From contig CAVVUN010000015.1 in the NCBI GenBank assembly GCA_963751455.1, forward strand, positions 928,001 to 992,000: a stretch of 64,000 nt of DNA. The letters are read 5' to 3'. Shown in pieces: positions 9,750 through 19,762 of the stretch. Both the position numbers and the translations under genes were made by a program. This stretch comes from Nitrospirota bacterium (lineage in GTDB: Bacteria > Nitrospirota > UBA9217). How positions within the stretch are numbered: position 1 is the stretch's first letter; each line of letters opens with the position of its first letter. The notes beneath the pieces were generated by a model. That model did not search any database, was not told where the DNA came from, and saw only the letters and a program-made list of their open reading frames with translations.

Positions 9750-10361
9750 GTGAACACTCTCATTAAAACAATCGAAATTCTGGGCATCATCGCTTTTGCG
9801 CTTACCGGTTTCTACAAGGCGCGAAAGCTCGGGATGGACCTCATCGGCGTCTACTCCCTCGGCATGGTTACAGCTCTCGGAGGCGGGTCCCTGCGCGATG
9901 TTATCCTGAACCGGCATCCCTTGTTCTGGGTGCAGCATTACGAGTATGCGATCCTCCTTCTGGTCCTGGCGATCGTTGCAAGTCTCGTTTCCCAGGACCT
10001 GTTTCACAAAAAGAAGCTGATCATCTTCGTACTGGCCCTCGACGCCCTTGGCCTCGGTTCTTTCAGCGCTTCAGGCGCATCGCTGGCTCATCAGGCCGGA
10101 TGCCATCCCTTCATTTCGGCCCTTCTTGGAGTTGCAACAGGAGCCTTCGGCGGCGTCATGCGGGATGTCGTCTGCAACGAGATTCCGTACGTTTTCCAGA
10201 GAACGGAACTCTATGTGACCTGCTCGTTTGCCGGGGCGTGGGCCTACCTTCTCATCGTCGGGCCATCCGGCAATGAAATAATAGCAGTGGCCGCCTGCAT
10301 CGGTATAACATTCATCTTGCGAATGCTGTCTTTACAGTATAAAATCAAGCTGCCTATATGA
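9750..10361 (+). CDS. TRIC-family (UPF0126) membrane protein
   Basis: Duplicated GGGxxRD motifs (ALGGGSLRD, AFGGVMRD); about 7 TM helices. Confidence 0.92.
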   Translation: MNTLIKTIEILGIIAFALTGFYKARKLGMDLIGVYSLGMVTALGGGSLRDVILNRHPLFWVQHYEYAILLLVLAIVASLVSQDLFHKKKLIIFVLALDALGLGSFSASGASLAHQAGCHPFISALLGVATGAFGGVMRDVVCNEIPYVFQRTELYVTCSFAGAWAYLLIVGPSGNEIIAVAACIGITFILRMLSLQYKIKLPI

Positions 10362-10909
10362 GTGTCCTGTTTCCGAAAGCAGCAAATAGCGTCTCGAAAA
10401 CCTACGGCTGGGATGTCGATTTGTCCTGCAGTCAGTGCAAGTACGTCGGTCAGCCGCGGTATGAAGGCTGGTCGCCCAGCCTGACCACCAACACTGCGAA
10501 TGCAACCATCTATGCCAAAGTGGCCTGTTCCAAATGCGGCCGTCGATTGACCGATGAAGCAGGCAGAAAGCTGGTCGACCTGTTCACGGACGTCGAGATC
10601 TCTTCCGAAAACAGAAAGATCATAAGCAGTTTCATTACACGGTTAATTCTCGTGCCCGCAGGACTCGCGTTCATTCTTTTTTTCGGGATGCAGATGGACT
10701 GGTGGACATGGGGACTGGGAAGTATTTGGATACTTCTCGCTTCTATCGTCGCCATCCCGCTTCTCCTGTATCATAAGAACAGCCGAATTACAGTGTTGTT
10801 GGATTCCTGTGAGTGCGGAAAACCGAACTATGTTTACATGGGGTCGTTCGACGACACCCAATGCTTCCGCTGTTTTTCATGTGGAAGATTGATGAAGCTG
10901 CGGGAGTAG
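10358..10909 (+). CDS. Hypothetical membrane protein with Zn-ribbon-like Cys motifs
   Basis: CSQC, CSKC, two TM helices, CEC, CFRCFSC; ATGA overlap with the upstream gene. Confidence 0.65.
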   Translation: MSVLFPKAANSVSKTYGWDVDLSCSQCKYVGQPRYEGWSPSLTTNTANATIYAKVACSKCGRRLTDEAGRKLVDLFTDVEISSENRKIISSFITRLILVPAGLAFILFFGMQMDWWTWGLGSIWILLASIVAIPLLLYHKNSRITVLLDSCECGKPNYVYMGSFDDTQCFRCFSCGRLMKLRE

Positions 10910-10958
10910 CAGCAACAGGATACACGACCCGATTCATGCGGCGAGACAAGGAGATTGC

Positions 10959-11165
10959 ATGCCCTACGTAAATATTAAAATAACGAACGAAGGCGCAACA
11001 GCCGAGCAGAAAAAGCTGCTTATCCAGGGAGTTACAAAAATGCTTCAGGACATTCTGGGAAAGAACCCCCAGACTACCTGCGTGGTCATAGAAGAAGTGG
11101 AGACCGACAACTGGGGACTTGGCGGCGAAACGATTACCGAGAGGCGAAAGCGGGAAAAGAAGTAG
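10959..11165 (+). CDS. 4-oxalocrotonate tautomerase family protein
   Basis: MPYVNIK start giving catalytic Pro1; NWGLGG; AGGAG RBS. Confidence 0.92.
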   Translation: MPYVNIKITNEGATAEQKKLLIQGVTKMLQDILGKNPQTTCVVIEEVETDNWGLGGETITERRKREKK

Positions 11166-11221
11166 ATTCGGTAAATTACGCATGCTAAAGCATGCGGCTA
11201 CCAGTTTCGAGATGAAATTGG

Positions 11222-11244
11222 TAGGCGCACCCTTTAGGGTGCGT
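11222..11244. repeat. GTAG-type REP-like palindrome
   Basis: (G)TAGG-CGCACCCT-TT-AGGGTGCG followed by a T tract. Confidence 0.55.
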
Positions 11245-11276
11245 TTTTAAGAAAATTATGCAATGAGGACTTATTG

Positions 11277-12305
11277 ATGCTTATCGTAATGCACCATTGG
11301 GCCACGGACAAGGATGTCGCATTCGTAAATAAAATTATTGCGTCAATGGGACTGAAGCCCGTTGCCATTCCCGGGGCTGAGCGAACCGCGATCGGAATCA
11401 TAGGCAACCAGGGCAGGGTAAACGACGCGCCGCTAAGGGGCATCAAGGCCATACTGGATATTATCCATGTGACCAAGCCCTACAAACTGGTGAGCCGGGA
11501 CTTTCATCCGGGAGACACGGTCGTTACGCTTGGGAAAAAAGTGAGGATCGGTGCAAAGTCTCCGATCGTGATGATCGCCGGACCCTGTGCAGTCGAGAGC
11601 AGAGGACAGCTCTTCAAGACGGCGAGTTTTCTTCAGAAGATGGGGGTTCCCGTGCTCCGGGGAGGAGCGTACAAACCGAGGACCAGCCCTCATAGTTTCC
11701 AAGGGCTTCGCGAGGCAGGACTGAAACTCCTCGACGAGGTCAGGAAGAAGACAGGGCTTCTGGTCGTTACTGAAGTGGTAAGTCCGGAGCATGTCGAGCT
11801 TGTTGCGGCGCATGTCGATATACTTCAGATCGGAGCCCGCAATATGCAGAACTTCGATCTGCTGACAGAGGTTGGAAAGATCAAAAAGCCGGTCATCCTC
11901 AAGCGAGGTCTTTCCGGCACCCTCGAAGAATGGCTCGGATCGGCCGAGTACATCCTGCTCGGCGGCAATCCGAATGTGGTTCTGTGTGAACGAGGCATCC
12001 GCACGTTCGAGACGGCAACCAGGAACACCGCGGACCTTGCGATCATCCCCCTTGTCAGGGAGAAGACGCATTTGCCCGTTATCTTCGATCCAAGCCACGC
12101 AACAGGCAAGAGAAATCTCGTGGGCCCGATGGCATTGGCATCTATTATTGCCGGTGCGCACGGAGTCATGGTCGAGGTCCATCCTGATCCCGAACGCGCC
12201 CTGTCGGACGGTCCGCAGTCGCTGCACTTTAAGGAATTCGAGAAGCTGCAGAAGCAGTTCAAAAGCTTGGAAATATTCGCCAGGCAGAAACTGGCCAACT
12301 GCTAA
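11277..12305 (+). CDS. aroF: DAHP synthase (type I-beta with N-terminal regulatory domain)
   Basis: IAGPCAVES, GGAYKPRTSP, QIGARNMQNF, DPSHATG, SDGPQSL. Confidence 0.96.
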   Translation: MLIVMHHWATDKDVAFVNKIIASMGLKPVAIPGAERTAIGIIGNQGRVNDAPLRGIKAILDIIHVTKPYKLVSRDFHPGDTVVTLGKKVRIGAKSPIVMIAGPCAVESRGQLFKTASFLQKMGVPVLRGGAYKPRTSPHSFQGLREAGLKLLDEVRKKTGLLVVTEVVSPEHVELVAAHVDILQIGARNMQNFDLLTEVGKIKKPVILKRGLSGTLEEWLGSAEYILLGGNPNVVLCERGIRTFETATRNTADLAIIPLVREKTHLPVIFDPSHATGKRNLVGPMALASIIAGAHGVMVEVHPDPERALSDGPQSLHFKEFEKLQKQFKSLEIFARQKLANC

Positions 12306-12350
12306 AAAGCTTGCAATCACACGTCCCGAAAGTCGGGACACTCAGATAAA

Positions 12351-12524
12351 CCTGAAAACGGCAGTTGGACGCAGATGAACGCAGATAACCACAGATCAAA
12401 CAAAAGATTTTTAGAGAAAAAAATTCACCCGCAGGGTGACTGCTTTTACGATACAAGAACGTTTTTTTATCCGATCTTATCTGCGTTTATCCGATTTTTC
12501 TGCGTCCCAAATGCTTTTTTTAGG
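12351..12524. mobile_element. MITE-like element, diverged relative of the 164-bp MITE
   Basis: Ends CCTGAAAACGGCAGTTGGAC...GTCCCAAATGCTTTTTTTAGG; internal ACGCAGAT 9-mers; flanks ATAAA and ATCGC do not form a target duplication. Confidence 0.75.
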
Positions 12525-12571
12525 ATCGCAGTCGGGACCCGTGTTCATCTGTGGTTGCTATAAAGAAAAGT

Positions 12572-14287
12572 ATGAACAACGCCATCGAAATCATACTGAA
12601 CTCTGCCTACGAAGGAGTGATAGCCATTGACGAGAACGGACTGGTCACGCTTTTCAACCGGGCGGCGGAGCGCATCATCGGATTGACTGCATCCTCCGTC
12701 ATCGGCCGTAAAGCAATCGACGTAATTCCCAACACACGCTTGCCTATCGTTCTGTCTACCGGCGAACCGGAATTGAACCAACAGCAGAATGTCGACAGCA
12801 CTGCTATCATTACCAGTCGTTTTCCGCTTAAAGACGACGCGGGCAGAATCATCGGCGCTGCAGCGGTATTCCGTGACATTTCAGAGATCAAGTCGCTCAC
12901 CGAGCAGGTATCGAACCTTTGGACTGCACGGAACCTTCTTGAGGCCGTGATCGACGCGACGGAAGATGCGATATCCGTTGCCGATGAGCACGGAAATACG
13001 ATAATCGTCAATTCGGCTTATACCAGGATCACCGGGCTGCCGCGCGATGCGGTGGTGAACAAACCGGTGACGGTCGACATCGCAGAGGGCGAGAGCATGC
13101 ATCTCCAGATTTTGAGGACCGGCACGCCGGTCAGGAATGTCCGGATGAAAGTCGGGCCTGCAAAAAAGGAAGTCATCGTCAACGTGGCGCCGATCTTCAT
13201 TGACGGAAATATCACAGGCAGCGTAGGCACGATCCACGACATATCGGAGATCATGGCGCTGAACGAGGAACTTGCCCGGGCACGGAAGCTGATCCGGCAG
13301 CTCAAGGCAAAATACAGCTGCCATGATATCATCGGCAACAGCGCTGCCATGAAGGCCGCGAAAGAGCTGGCCCGGCGGGCAGCGGAAACACCGGCGACTG
13401 TTCTTCTTCGGGGAGAGAGCGGGACCGGCAAGGAGCTTTTTGCCCACGCGATCCACAATGCGAGCAGCAGGCGGAAGGGACAGTTCGTACGCGTGAACTG
13501 CACTGCGCTGTCCGAGGACCTGCTGGAGAGCGAGCTTTTCGGATATGTTGAAGGCGCATTTACCGGCGCATTGAAAGGCGGAAAAAAGGGACTGTTCGAG
13601 GAAGCGGACGGAGGCACAATATTCCTGGATGAAATCGGCGAAATCAGCATCGCCCTGCAGAGAAAACTGCTCAGGGTGCTCCAGGAACGTGAAATACTGC
13701 CTGTCGGAAGCACCGTGCCGGTCGCAATCGACGTGCGCGTGATTGCCGCAACCAACGCGAACCTCGAGCTGAAACTCAAGGACGGGACGTTTAAAGGAGA
13801 CCTCTATTATCGTCTGAACGTTCTTCCTATCATCATCCCTGCCCTCCGCAAGGTCAAGGAAGATATTCCTCTGCTCGTAAACCATATCATCTTCAAGCTC
13901 AACCAGGACTACGGGCGGCAGGTGGAGCGGATGAGCGACGAGGCAATAGAGGCCTTGAAGGGCTACGATTGGCCGGGAAACGTGCGTGAGCTCGAGAGCG
14001 TTATCGGGCGCGCGATAATCAGCATGAAGCCGGCCGAAAGGACCATCGAGGCGGTGCACCTGCCGCTCTTCGAGTGTGAACGGATCGGCCAGATTCTTTT
14101 AGGCGCCGCCGGAGGGCCTGTGCAACCGCTCAGCCAGGTGATCGCAGAGGCGGAAAAGGCAGCCATCGAGCGGGCTTTAAACGAAGCAAAAGGGAACAGG
14201 GAACAGGCGGCTCAGCTGCTCGGAACTGCGGTAAGGAATCTGTATTACAAAATAAGAAAATACAAGATAAAGAACGTAACGCATTGA
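12572..14287 (+). CDS. Sigma54-dependent transcriptional activator (PAS-PAS-AAA+-HTH)
   Basis: Two PAS domains, [19 protein letters not shown]-like [13 protein letters not shown], Fis-type HTH. Confidence 0.96.
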   Translation: MNNAIEIILNSAYEGVIAIDENGLVTLFNRAAERIIGLTASSVIGRKAIDVIPNTRLPIVLSTGEPELNQQQNVDSTAIITSRFPLKDDAGRIIGAAAVFRDISEIKSLTEQVSNLWTARNLLEAVIDATEDAISVADEHGNTIIVNSAYTRITGLPRDAVVNKPVTVDIAEGESMHLQILRTGTPVRNVRMKVGPAKKEVIVNVAPIFIDGNITGSVGTIHDISEIMALNEELARARKLIRQLKAKYSCHDIIGNSAAMKAAKELARRAAETPATVLLRGESGTGKELFAHAIHNASSRRKGQFVRVNCTALSEDLLESELFGYVEGAFTGALKGGKKGLFEEADGGTIFLDEIGEISIALQRKLLRVLQEREILPVGSTVPVAIDVRVIAATNANLELKLKDGTFKGDLYYRLNVLPIIIPALRKVKEDIPLLVNHIIFKLNQDYGRQVERMSDEAIEALKGYDWPGNVRELESVIGRAIISMKPAERTIEAVHLPLFECERIGQILLGAAGGPVQPLSQVIAEAEKAAIERALNEAKGNREQAAQLLGTAVRNLYYKIRKYKIKNVTH

Positions 14288-14312
14288 AACCAACAGCGTA
14301 GTCTTCCTTAAT

Positions 14313-14828
14313 TCACGCTTTATGTAATACCTGGATCGACTTTTTATCGTCCGCAGTCTTGATAACCGACGTTGCGGTCTTTCCGGAGCTTGTTGTAGCG
14401 TAGAAATAGTAGATATTGATCCCTGCATCCGCGATGATTCGGGCTATTCTCTCCAGCGATCCAACCTTGTTCGGCGTCTCCACCAGAATGACCGAAGACT
14501 CATGAATTTCCTCAGCCCCTATTTTTTCGAGCGCCCTCTCCGCCTTGGCAAAATCGTCAACGACCAGCGTAAACGTAGCATTCCGGCGCTCACTGCTGGC
14601 CGAGTAGCCCGTGGCGGCGAGAATGTTCACGTTCTCCGCGGCAACGGCCGCGGCCACCTTTGCCGTCAATCCGATAGTGTCCTGAAAGGTTGCGGTAATC
14701 TCGATTCCGGTCTTTGCGGTAAACCCGGCGTCTCCCTTCTTTGCCGATAAAACAGGTTTGGCCGACGATTTTACCGCGACTTTCTTTGGTGTTTTTTTTG
14801 AAGCTGCTTTTTTTACTGCCTTAGCCAT
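14313..14828 (-). CDS. Tandem ACT-domain protein with Lys/Ala-rich N-terminal tail
   Basis: DTIGLTAKV...VNI and PNKVGSLERIARIIADAGINI ACT motifs; AAGGAG RBS. Confidence 0.8.
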   Translation of the reverse strand: MAKAVKKAASKKTPKKVAVKSSAKPVLSAKKGDAGFTAKTGIEITATFQDTIGLTAKVAAAVAAENVNILAATGYSASSERRNATFTLVVDDFAKAERALEKIGAEEIHESSVILVETPNKVGSLERIARIIADAGINIYYFYATTSSGKTATSVIKTADDKKSIQVLHKA

Positions 14829-14881
14829 TGTCTTCTCTCCTTATTATGAACTCCGGAATAACGTATTTTTTGATAGTTAAT

Positions 14882-15045
14882 CCTGAAAAAAGCAGTTGGA
14901 CACGGATAAAATCTGATCAACACGGATTTATAGGAAGTTACGAACAGTAATGGATTCACCCAAAAGGCGAGATGGCTTTTTGCTCTATCACATTGTTTTG
15001 ATCCGCTGTTTCCGTGTTCATCCGTGTTCAAATGCCGTTTTTAGG
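14882..15045. mobile_element. 164-bp MITE, copy 1, with 5-bp target duplication TTAAT
   Basis: Imperfect TIR CCTGAAAAAAGCAGTTGGACACGGAT / ATCCGTGTTCAAATGCCGTTTTTAGG; TTAAT at 14877-14881 and 15046-15050; identical to 17401-17564. Confidence 0.92.
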
Positions 15046-15322
15046 TTAATTGATTTTGTCTTTACAAAAACGTTATGCCGGCATCAAGATGCTGGAAGTT
15101 TACTATATCTGAAGAAGGGAAAGCAAGAGGGTTCTAGCTGGAATTAACATAAAGAAACAACCTTATTTTAAACATGATCCCGTGAGAGCGATAGCTTGAA
15201 ATAAGCTGTCAGTTCAAAATGAGCCATCCATAACGAGCAGGTTCGTAAGTTCCCGCATCATACTGCATTAATAAGTCTGTCCAACACATTGAATAATCAG
15301 TCTTTCTCAAACTTTACGCATA

Positions 15323-15338
15323 TGGCACTTCTATTGCT
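15323..15338 (+). promoter_or_regulatory. Sigma54 (-24/-12) promoter upstream of the sigma factor gene
   Basis: TGGCAC-TTCTA-TTGCT with exact GG-N10-GC spacing, about 70 nt upstream of the start codon. Confidence 0.8.
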
Positions 15339-15409
15339 TATATAGGCGTGTGCTTCAGTCTAGAAGCAAGGTTACTTTTCTAATCTATTGATAACACCGG
15401 AGGAAGAAC

Positions 15410-16390
15410 GTGAACGATTGGATGAAGCCAGTGGATGACGTAATGGTGATGGAACACTATGAGATCGAACATGAAGTCGGAGAGGATCATACCGCAGAGC
15501 GCGCTAATAATAAAGAGAGCCAATCCGACGAAGAGCTTCCGAACGCACGCGAAAAAGGTGGGAGCGTTGACTCCATCAAGTGCTATTTGAAGGAAATTCG
15601 AAGAACGCCGCTGTTGACCGTTGCAGAAGAACAGGAACTGGGCAAGAGAATTTTCGAAGGTGACTTGGAGGCCAGGACGAAGATGATAGAGTCAAACCTG
15701 CGCCTCGTCGTGGCCATAGCCAAAAAGTACGTCAACCGGGGCCTGTGTTTTTCGGATGTCATCGCCGAGGGGAATCTCGGTCTGATCCGCGCCGTTGAAA
15801 AGTTCGATTACCGGAAGGGCTTCAGGTTGAGCACTTACGCGTCCTGGTGGATCAAGCAGTATATCGAAAGGGCGTTTGTCAACCAGTTGAGCACAATTCG
15901 CCTGCCCGTCCATGTTGCGGAAATCGTACACCAGTATAAGCGAACGTTTACCCATCTTACTCATGACCTGGAGCGGGAACCGACCATCGAGGAAATTGCA
16001 TGCAAGATGGAGCTGCCTTTGGAAAAAGTTCGCCATATCTCGCAAGTCGCTCCTGAGACATTTTCGCTGGACACGATCATTGGTGACAAGGATGAAGACA
16101 CGCTCGAGGACGTGCTGAAGGACACTTCCGCGGTTCTGCCCGACACCTACTCGGAAAGCTTGCACAGGAAAGATCTTATTAATGAGTGGCTCGCCCGCCT
16201 TACCGGATCCGAACGCAGTGTGATCGAACAGCGGTTCGGACTGAATGACGAAGAACCCAAAACACTGGACTCCATCGGCAAAGTGTTCAAAATAACCCGT
16301 GAACGGGTCCGGCAGATAGAAAACAAGGCCCTGAACAAATTGAGAAACATAACAAAAGAAGAGAATATCGCCCTCGAGGTAATGCTGTAG
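15410..16390 (+). CDS. RNA polymerase sigma factor, sigma70 group 2 (RpoS-like)
   Basis: Region 1.2 [12 protein letters not shown], region 2 NLRLVV...[10 protein letters not shown], region 4 TRERVRQIE; no region 1.1; GGAGG RBS. Confidence 0.93.
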   Translation: MNDWMKPVDDVMVMEHYEIEHEVGEDHTAERANNKESQSDEELPNAREKGGSVDSIKCYLKEIRRTPLLTVAEEQELGKRIFEGDLEARTKMIESNLRLVVAIAKKYVNRGLCFSDVIAEGNLGLIRAVEKFDYRKGFRLSTYASWWIKQYIERAFVNQLSTIRLPVHVAEIVHQYKRTFTHLTHDLEREPTIEEIACKMELPLEKVRHISQVAPETFSLDTIIGDKDEDTLEDVLKDTSAVLPDTYSESLHRKDLINEWLARLTGSERSVIEQRFGLNDEEPKTLDSIGKVFKITRERVRQIENKALNKLRNITKEENIALEVML

Positions 16391-16433
16391 CGCGGAACTG
16401 GTAAGTGACAAAAAACGTGAATATGGAAGGTGA

Positions 16434-16462
16434 AGCGGCCGGTTTCCCGGCCGCTGTTTTTT
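16434..16462 (+). terminator. Intrinsic terminator after the sigma factor gene
   Basis: AGCGGCCGG-TTTC-CCGGCCGCT followed by GTTTTTT. Confidence 0.8.
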
Positions 16463-16501
16463 ACACTAAAAAGTAATACTTCAAGTCACGATTACGCAGA
16501 T

Positions 16502-17308
16502 TTATCTCCCCAGGTATCGTTTGAGCAGACCTTCAGCGCCCTTTTTCAGGTACTTCTCTCCCTGCGTTCGTGCAACAGCTTTAGCTGTCTGCTCTGCAAG
16601 GGCGAGGGCTACTGTCGATGCAATCTCATCAGGTGTAGCGCCGCTGTTTCCGCCGATATTGGCCAGTTCCAGCCGCGGCAGCTCGAGCATAATCTGCTTT
16701 TCGCCGAGAGCGGCAACGCGCGCTTCAACCCGGCCTTTCTCGATCACAAGCTTCCGGACGGAAAGCCTGACTTCCTTCTTTCCCTTCTTTTCCGGCGGTT
16801 TCTTTTCCGGGCCCTGCAGGTTTTTTGTAAGCGCGTCGAGGTTGGACTTCCCTGAGCTGTTCATTTCGTAGAAAACCTCCGGCCCGGTAACGCGGATGTC
16901 ATCGACAATGATAGGAGATTTGGTAATCGATTTTGTATCAATACGGGTCGAGATGTTGCCCAGGCTGAAAATGTTCCTGGCTGTAAACCCGGCAGGGTTA
17001 GCAACGGTCACTCCGGTAATCGACGCCCCGCCGGACGAGAGCTGTATATCCACTGAAGATACCCGTACCGGTGTCTTTGTCGCCAGGGACCCGTATTTCT
17101 CAATGGCATCTTTCACGATGAAATTTATGCTCGTTAGGACGTAGAATATCGCTCCGCCTGCCGCGAGCACCAGAACCGCAGCGATGATCAGGAATACTCT
17201 GCCTTTTCTCATGGACTGCCTCCTTGTGCTTCCTCTTTTCTCTTTTAATCCTCCCCGGTCCCAGTCGATCTTCTTTTCCCGATACCATTCTCTATCTTCG
17301 ATTCCCAT
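16502..17308 (-). CDS. AsmA/DUF748-like membrane-anchored protein (start may be 17212)
   Basis: One TM helix then VRVSSVDIQLSSGGASITGVTVANPAGF, typical of AsmA-like N-terminal domains. Confidence 0.7.
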   Translation of the reverse strand: MGIEDREWYREKKIDWDRGGLKEKRGSTRRQSMRKGRVFLIIAAVLVLAAGGAIFYVLTSINFIVKDAIEKYGSLATKTPVRVSSVDIQLSSGGASITGVTVANPAGFTARNIFSLGNISTRIDTKSITKSPIIVDDIRVTGPEVFYEMNSSGKSNLDALTKNLQGPEKKPPEKKGKKEVRLSVRKLVIEKGRVEARVAALGEKQIMLELPRLELANIGGNSGATPDEIASTVALALAEQTAKAVARTQGEKYLKKGAEGLLKRYLGR

Positions 17309-17400
17309 AAAAAATCCCTCAAAGAAGAACCATTCTTTTCCTAAAAGCCGATATAATTTTAGTATAACTCACAGTTTTTTAGAAGCGTTTCCGGTATAAA

Positions 17401-17564
17401 CCTGAAAAAAGCAGTTGGACACGGATAAAATCTGATCAACACGGATTTATAGGAAGTTACGAACAGTAATGGATTCACCCAAAAGGCGAGATGGCTTTTT
17501 GCTCTATCACATTGTTTTGATCCGCTGTTTCCGTGTTCATCCGTGTTCAAATGCCGTTTTTAGG
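17401..17564. mobile_element. 164-bp MITE, copy 2, with 5-bp target duplication ATAAA
   Basis: Identical to 14882-15045; ATAAA at 17396-17400 and 17565-17569. Confidence 0.92.
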
Positions 17565-17802
17565 ATAAAGGATTATAACTCCCGGAACCGATGGTGTCAG
17601 TGCGGCCTTTATGACTGCAGAGATAACGAAGAATTAAATAAAAACCGGCCCGGTGACTGTTTTAGACTTGGAAACTGAAAAGCGACAGGTCACGTCACAG
17701 AAAGGCAAGCTGGCGCCTGTGGCAGAATGATTTCTCCGTGGCGACGTGGAAGATCTGAAGGGACAGCGAAACGAACATGACGACTGAACGGCGCTCGATT
17801 GT

Positions 17803-18252
17803 TCAGGTATTCTTTTTAGATGCATAGGTAAAATCTACATACCCTGCTATCTGCATGCGTGCCTCGTCAGTTACCTGCCGCATTTTTCTCAGCATCATGA
17901 TTTCTTCAACGCTCAGGATTTTGGCAAGATAAGTTGTCTGCTCTTCGGAAAGGGGATATTTACGCTTGCCCCGGTTGAGCTTGGCTTCAGAAGGGGCAAG
18001 AAAAAAGCCCTTCAACTCGTCCGGAACTTTTTCCCTGTGTGCCGCGAGAACGAGAACGGACATGTCGAGGTTCAGCTTTTTTGCGATCATGGTGAGCGTA
18101 TTATCTTTCGGGATATGTCCCTTGTTAATAATGACCCTCAGGAGCTCCGGGCTGATACCGAGCGCCGTAGAAGCTTGTTTCAGGTTTTTTAGCCCCTTTT
18201 TCTCGACTGCCGCCCTGATCATTTCGGATATTTTCATTTGCAGCCTCCGCAT
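17803..18252 (-). CDS. XRE-like helix-turn-helix protein (start likely 18237)
   Basis: LKQASTALGISPELLRVIINKGHIP...LTMIAKKL; GGAGG upstream of ATG 18237. Confidence 0.7.
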   Translation of the reverse strand: MRRLQMKISEMIRAAVEKKGLKNLKQASTALGISPELLRVIINKGHIPKDNTLTMIAKKLNLDMSVLVLAAHREKVPDELKGFFLAPSEAKLNRGKRKYPLSEEQTTYLAKILSVEEIMMLRKMRQVTDEARMQIAGYVDFTYASKKNT

Positions 18253-18547
18253 GAAAACAGAATATGTCGGATGTCCATGTGTCGTTTAATGCTCTCTATA
18301 ATCCGCGCTAATCGGCCGCCGATCACAAGCACGGAAGGAATATCGATGAACAACTATATCATGAAATAGAGATTTCGTATAGAACTCTTTGAGAGGCCGA
18401 AAGAGAAGCGACGAGGAGACGAAGAGGCGACGAGAAGCGATAAAGCCGGCAGCGTGACGGAGAGCGACCAGAAAACCGACGAAGAAGCGACCAGGAGATG
18501 GATAATAGGGAACGCGGAATCCGGAACAACGCAAAAACCAGTGAATG

Positions 18548-19762
18548 CTACAGCCATCGCCGGGGATCGTAGGCGCCGGTGATCTGGCGCGTAATGGCCT
18601 GCCAAAGCATCTGCCTGCCCCAATTGTACTTGCCCCAGGGATACAGGAATTTTGCACTGTCCCTCGTGACGATCATTTTTTCTCTGAAGCTCCGTTTTCG
18701 TAATGTTTCCATAAAGTCGGCCTCATGGGGTCGTCCAAACAGGATTTTCACGATATTCCACTGGTCCGAGCATCGCCGGACCTCGCTCCGGATCATGGCC
18801 CGGTATATCTCCTGGACCGGGCGGTTCAATCGAAACGCGTCTACCACAGCCTCTCCCGCGATCGCGCCCGAGTGGAGCGCCGCGGACATGCCTTCGGCGA
18901 TCATGTTCAGAAAACCGGCTGCCTGGCCGGTTACGAGCACATTTCCCTTCCCGAACACATAGCGGTTGATGAGCGACAGCCCGAAATTGTTCACGCTCGA
19001 CTCACGGACGTCGCAGGGGCCGAGCCGCACCCCGTGCCGTTTCTCCAGGTAATTAAGGACCTGTACATGGCGGGCGGAGAAATCGTCATTTGCTTCATAG
19101 CCCACGCCCACGATCTGCTTTCCGTTGCGCAGGTGGCTCCAGGTGTAGTAGCCCAGACCGGGGTGGAGCCAGAAATGAAAATATTCCGGATCGAGAGGGC
19201 AGTCGATGATTTCGTGCAGATGCTGCCGCACGGTAAACCACCTTATGCTGTCACGGTACCCGGGATAGAGCGTGCTCACGACTTTGGAGTTCGGGCCGTC
19301 CGCGCCGATCAGGAAGCGGGCGCGGTACCGGCGCTCCTCATGGTCATTAGCGGCGAAAATGTCCACGTGCGACCCGTGATCGATTGCAGACAGGAACCGC
19401 ATGTTGTCATGGACCGCGGCCCCGCTCCTTCTGATAGCCCAGAAGTCTGAACACGAGCGGTTCAGATGGGGCGTTGTTCCGCCATCGAACTGCATGGGCA
19501 GCTTCACACCGCCGGGAAAGTGAAACGTCACGCCGCGGCAGGCCCCAGGTTCGTGCAGGATTGTTTTCGGCAGGGGGCCGAAATTCTCGATCAAAAAACG
19601 GTGGCCCCGGGGCGATATAATGCCGCTGCACGGCTTGTGACGGGGCAGGGGAAAGCGTTCGAGCGCGACTGTGTCATAGCCCGCATCCACGAGCCGCTTT
19701 GCTGCCGCTGCAGCGGAAAGGCTGGCACCGACAATGACGACATCGAAGACGCGTGGCTCATG
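18548..19762 (-). CDS. FAD-dependent oxidoreductase, geranylgeranyl-reductase/FixC-like family
   Basis: DVVIVGA, PRHKPCSG, LIGADG, GQAAGFLNMIAEGM; canonical GxGxxG and GDAAG are altered. Confidence 0.85.
   Translation of the reverse strand, partial: HEPRVFDVVIVGASLSAAAAAKRLVDAGYDTVALERFPLPRHKPCSGIISPRGHRFLIENFGPLPKTILHEPGACRGVTFHFPGGVKLPMQFDGGTTPHLNRSCSDFWAIRRSGAAVHDNMRFLSAIDHGSHVDIFAANDHEERRYRARFLIGADGPNSKVVSTLYPGYRDSIRWFTVRQHLHEIIDCPLDPEYFHFWLHPGLGYYTWSHLRNGKQIVGVGYEANDDFSARHVQVLNYLEKRHGVRLGPCDVRESSVNNFGLSLINRYVFGKGNVLVTGQAAGFLNMIAEGMSAALHSGAIAGEAVVDAFRLNRPVQEIYRAMIRSEVRRCSDQWNIVKILFGRPHEADFMETLRKRSFREKMIVTRDSAKFLYPWGKYNWGRQMLWQAITRQITGAYDPRRWL

Noticed and set aside
14882-17564. Composite transposon carrying the sigma factor
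   Set aside because: Each MITE copy has its own target duplication, and the outer flanks (TTAAT, ATAAA) do not match.
14813-17678. Duplicated small ORFs MNTDEHG... and MDSPKRR...
   Set aside because: They are translations of the MITE; its 9-mer periodicity keeps frames open.
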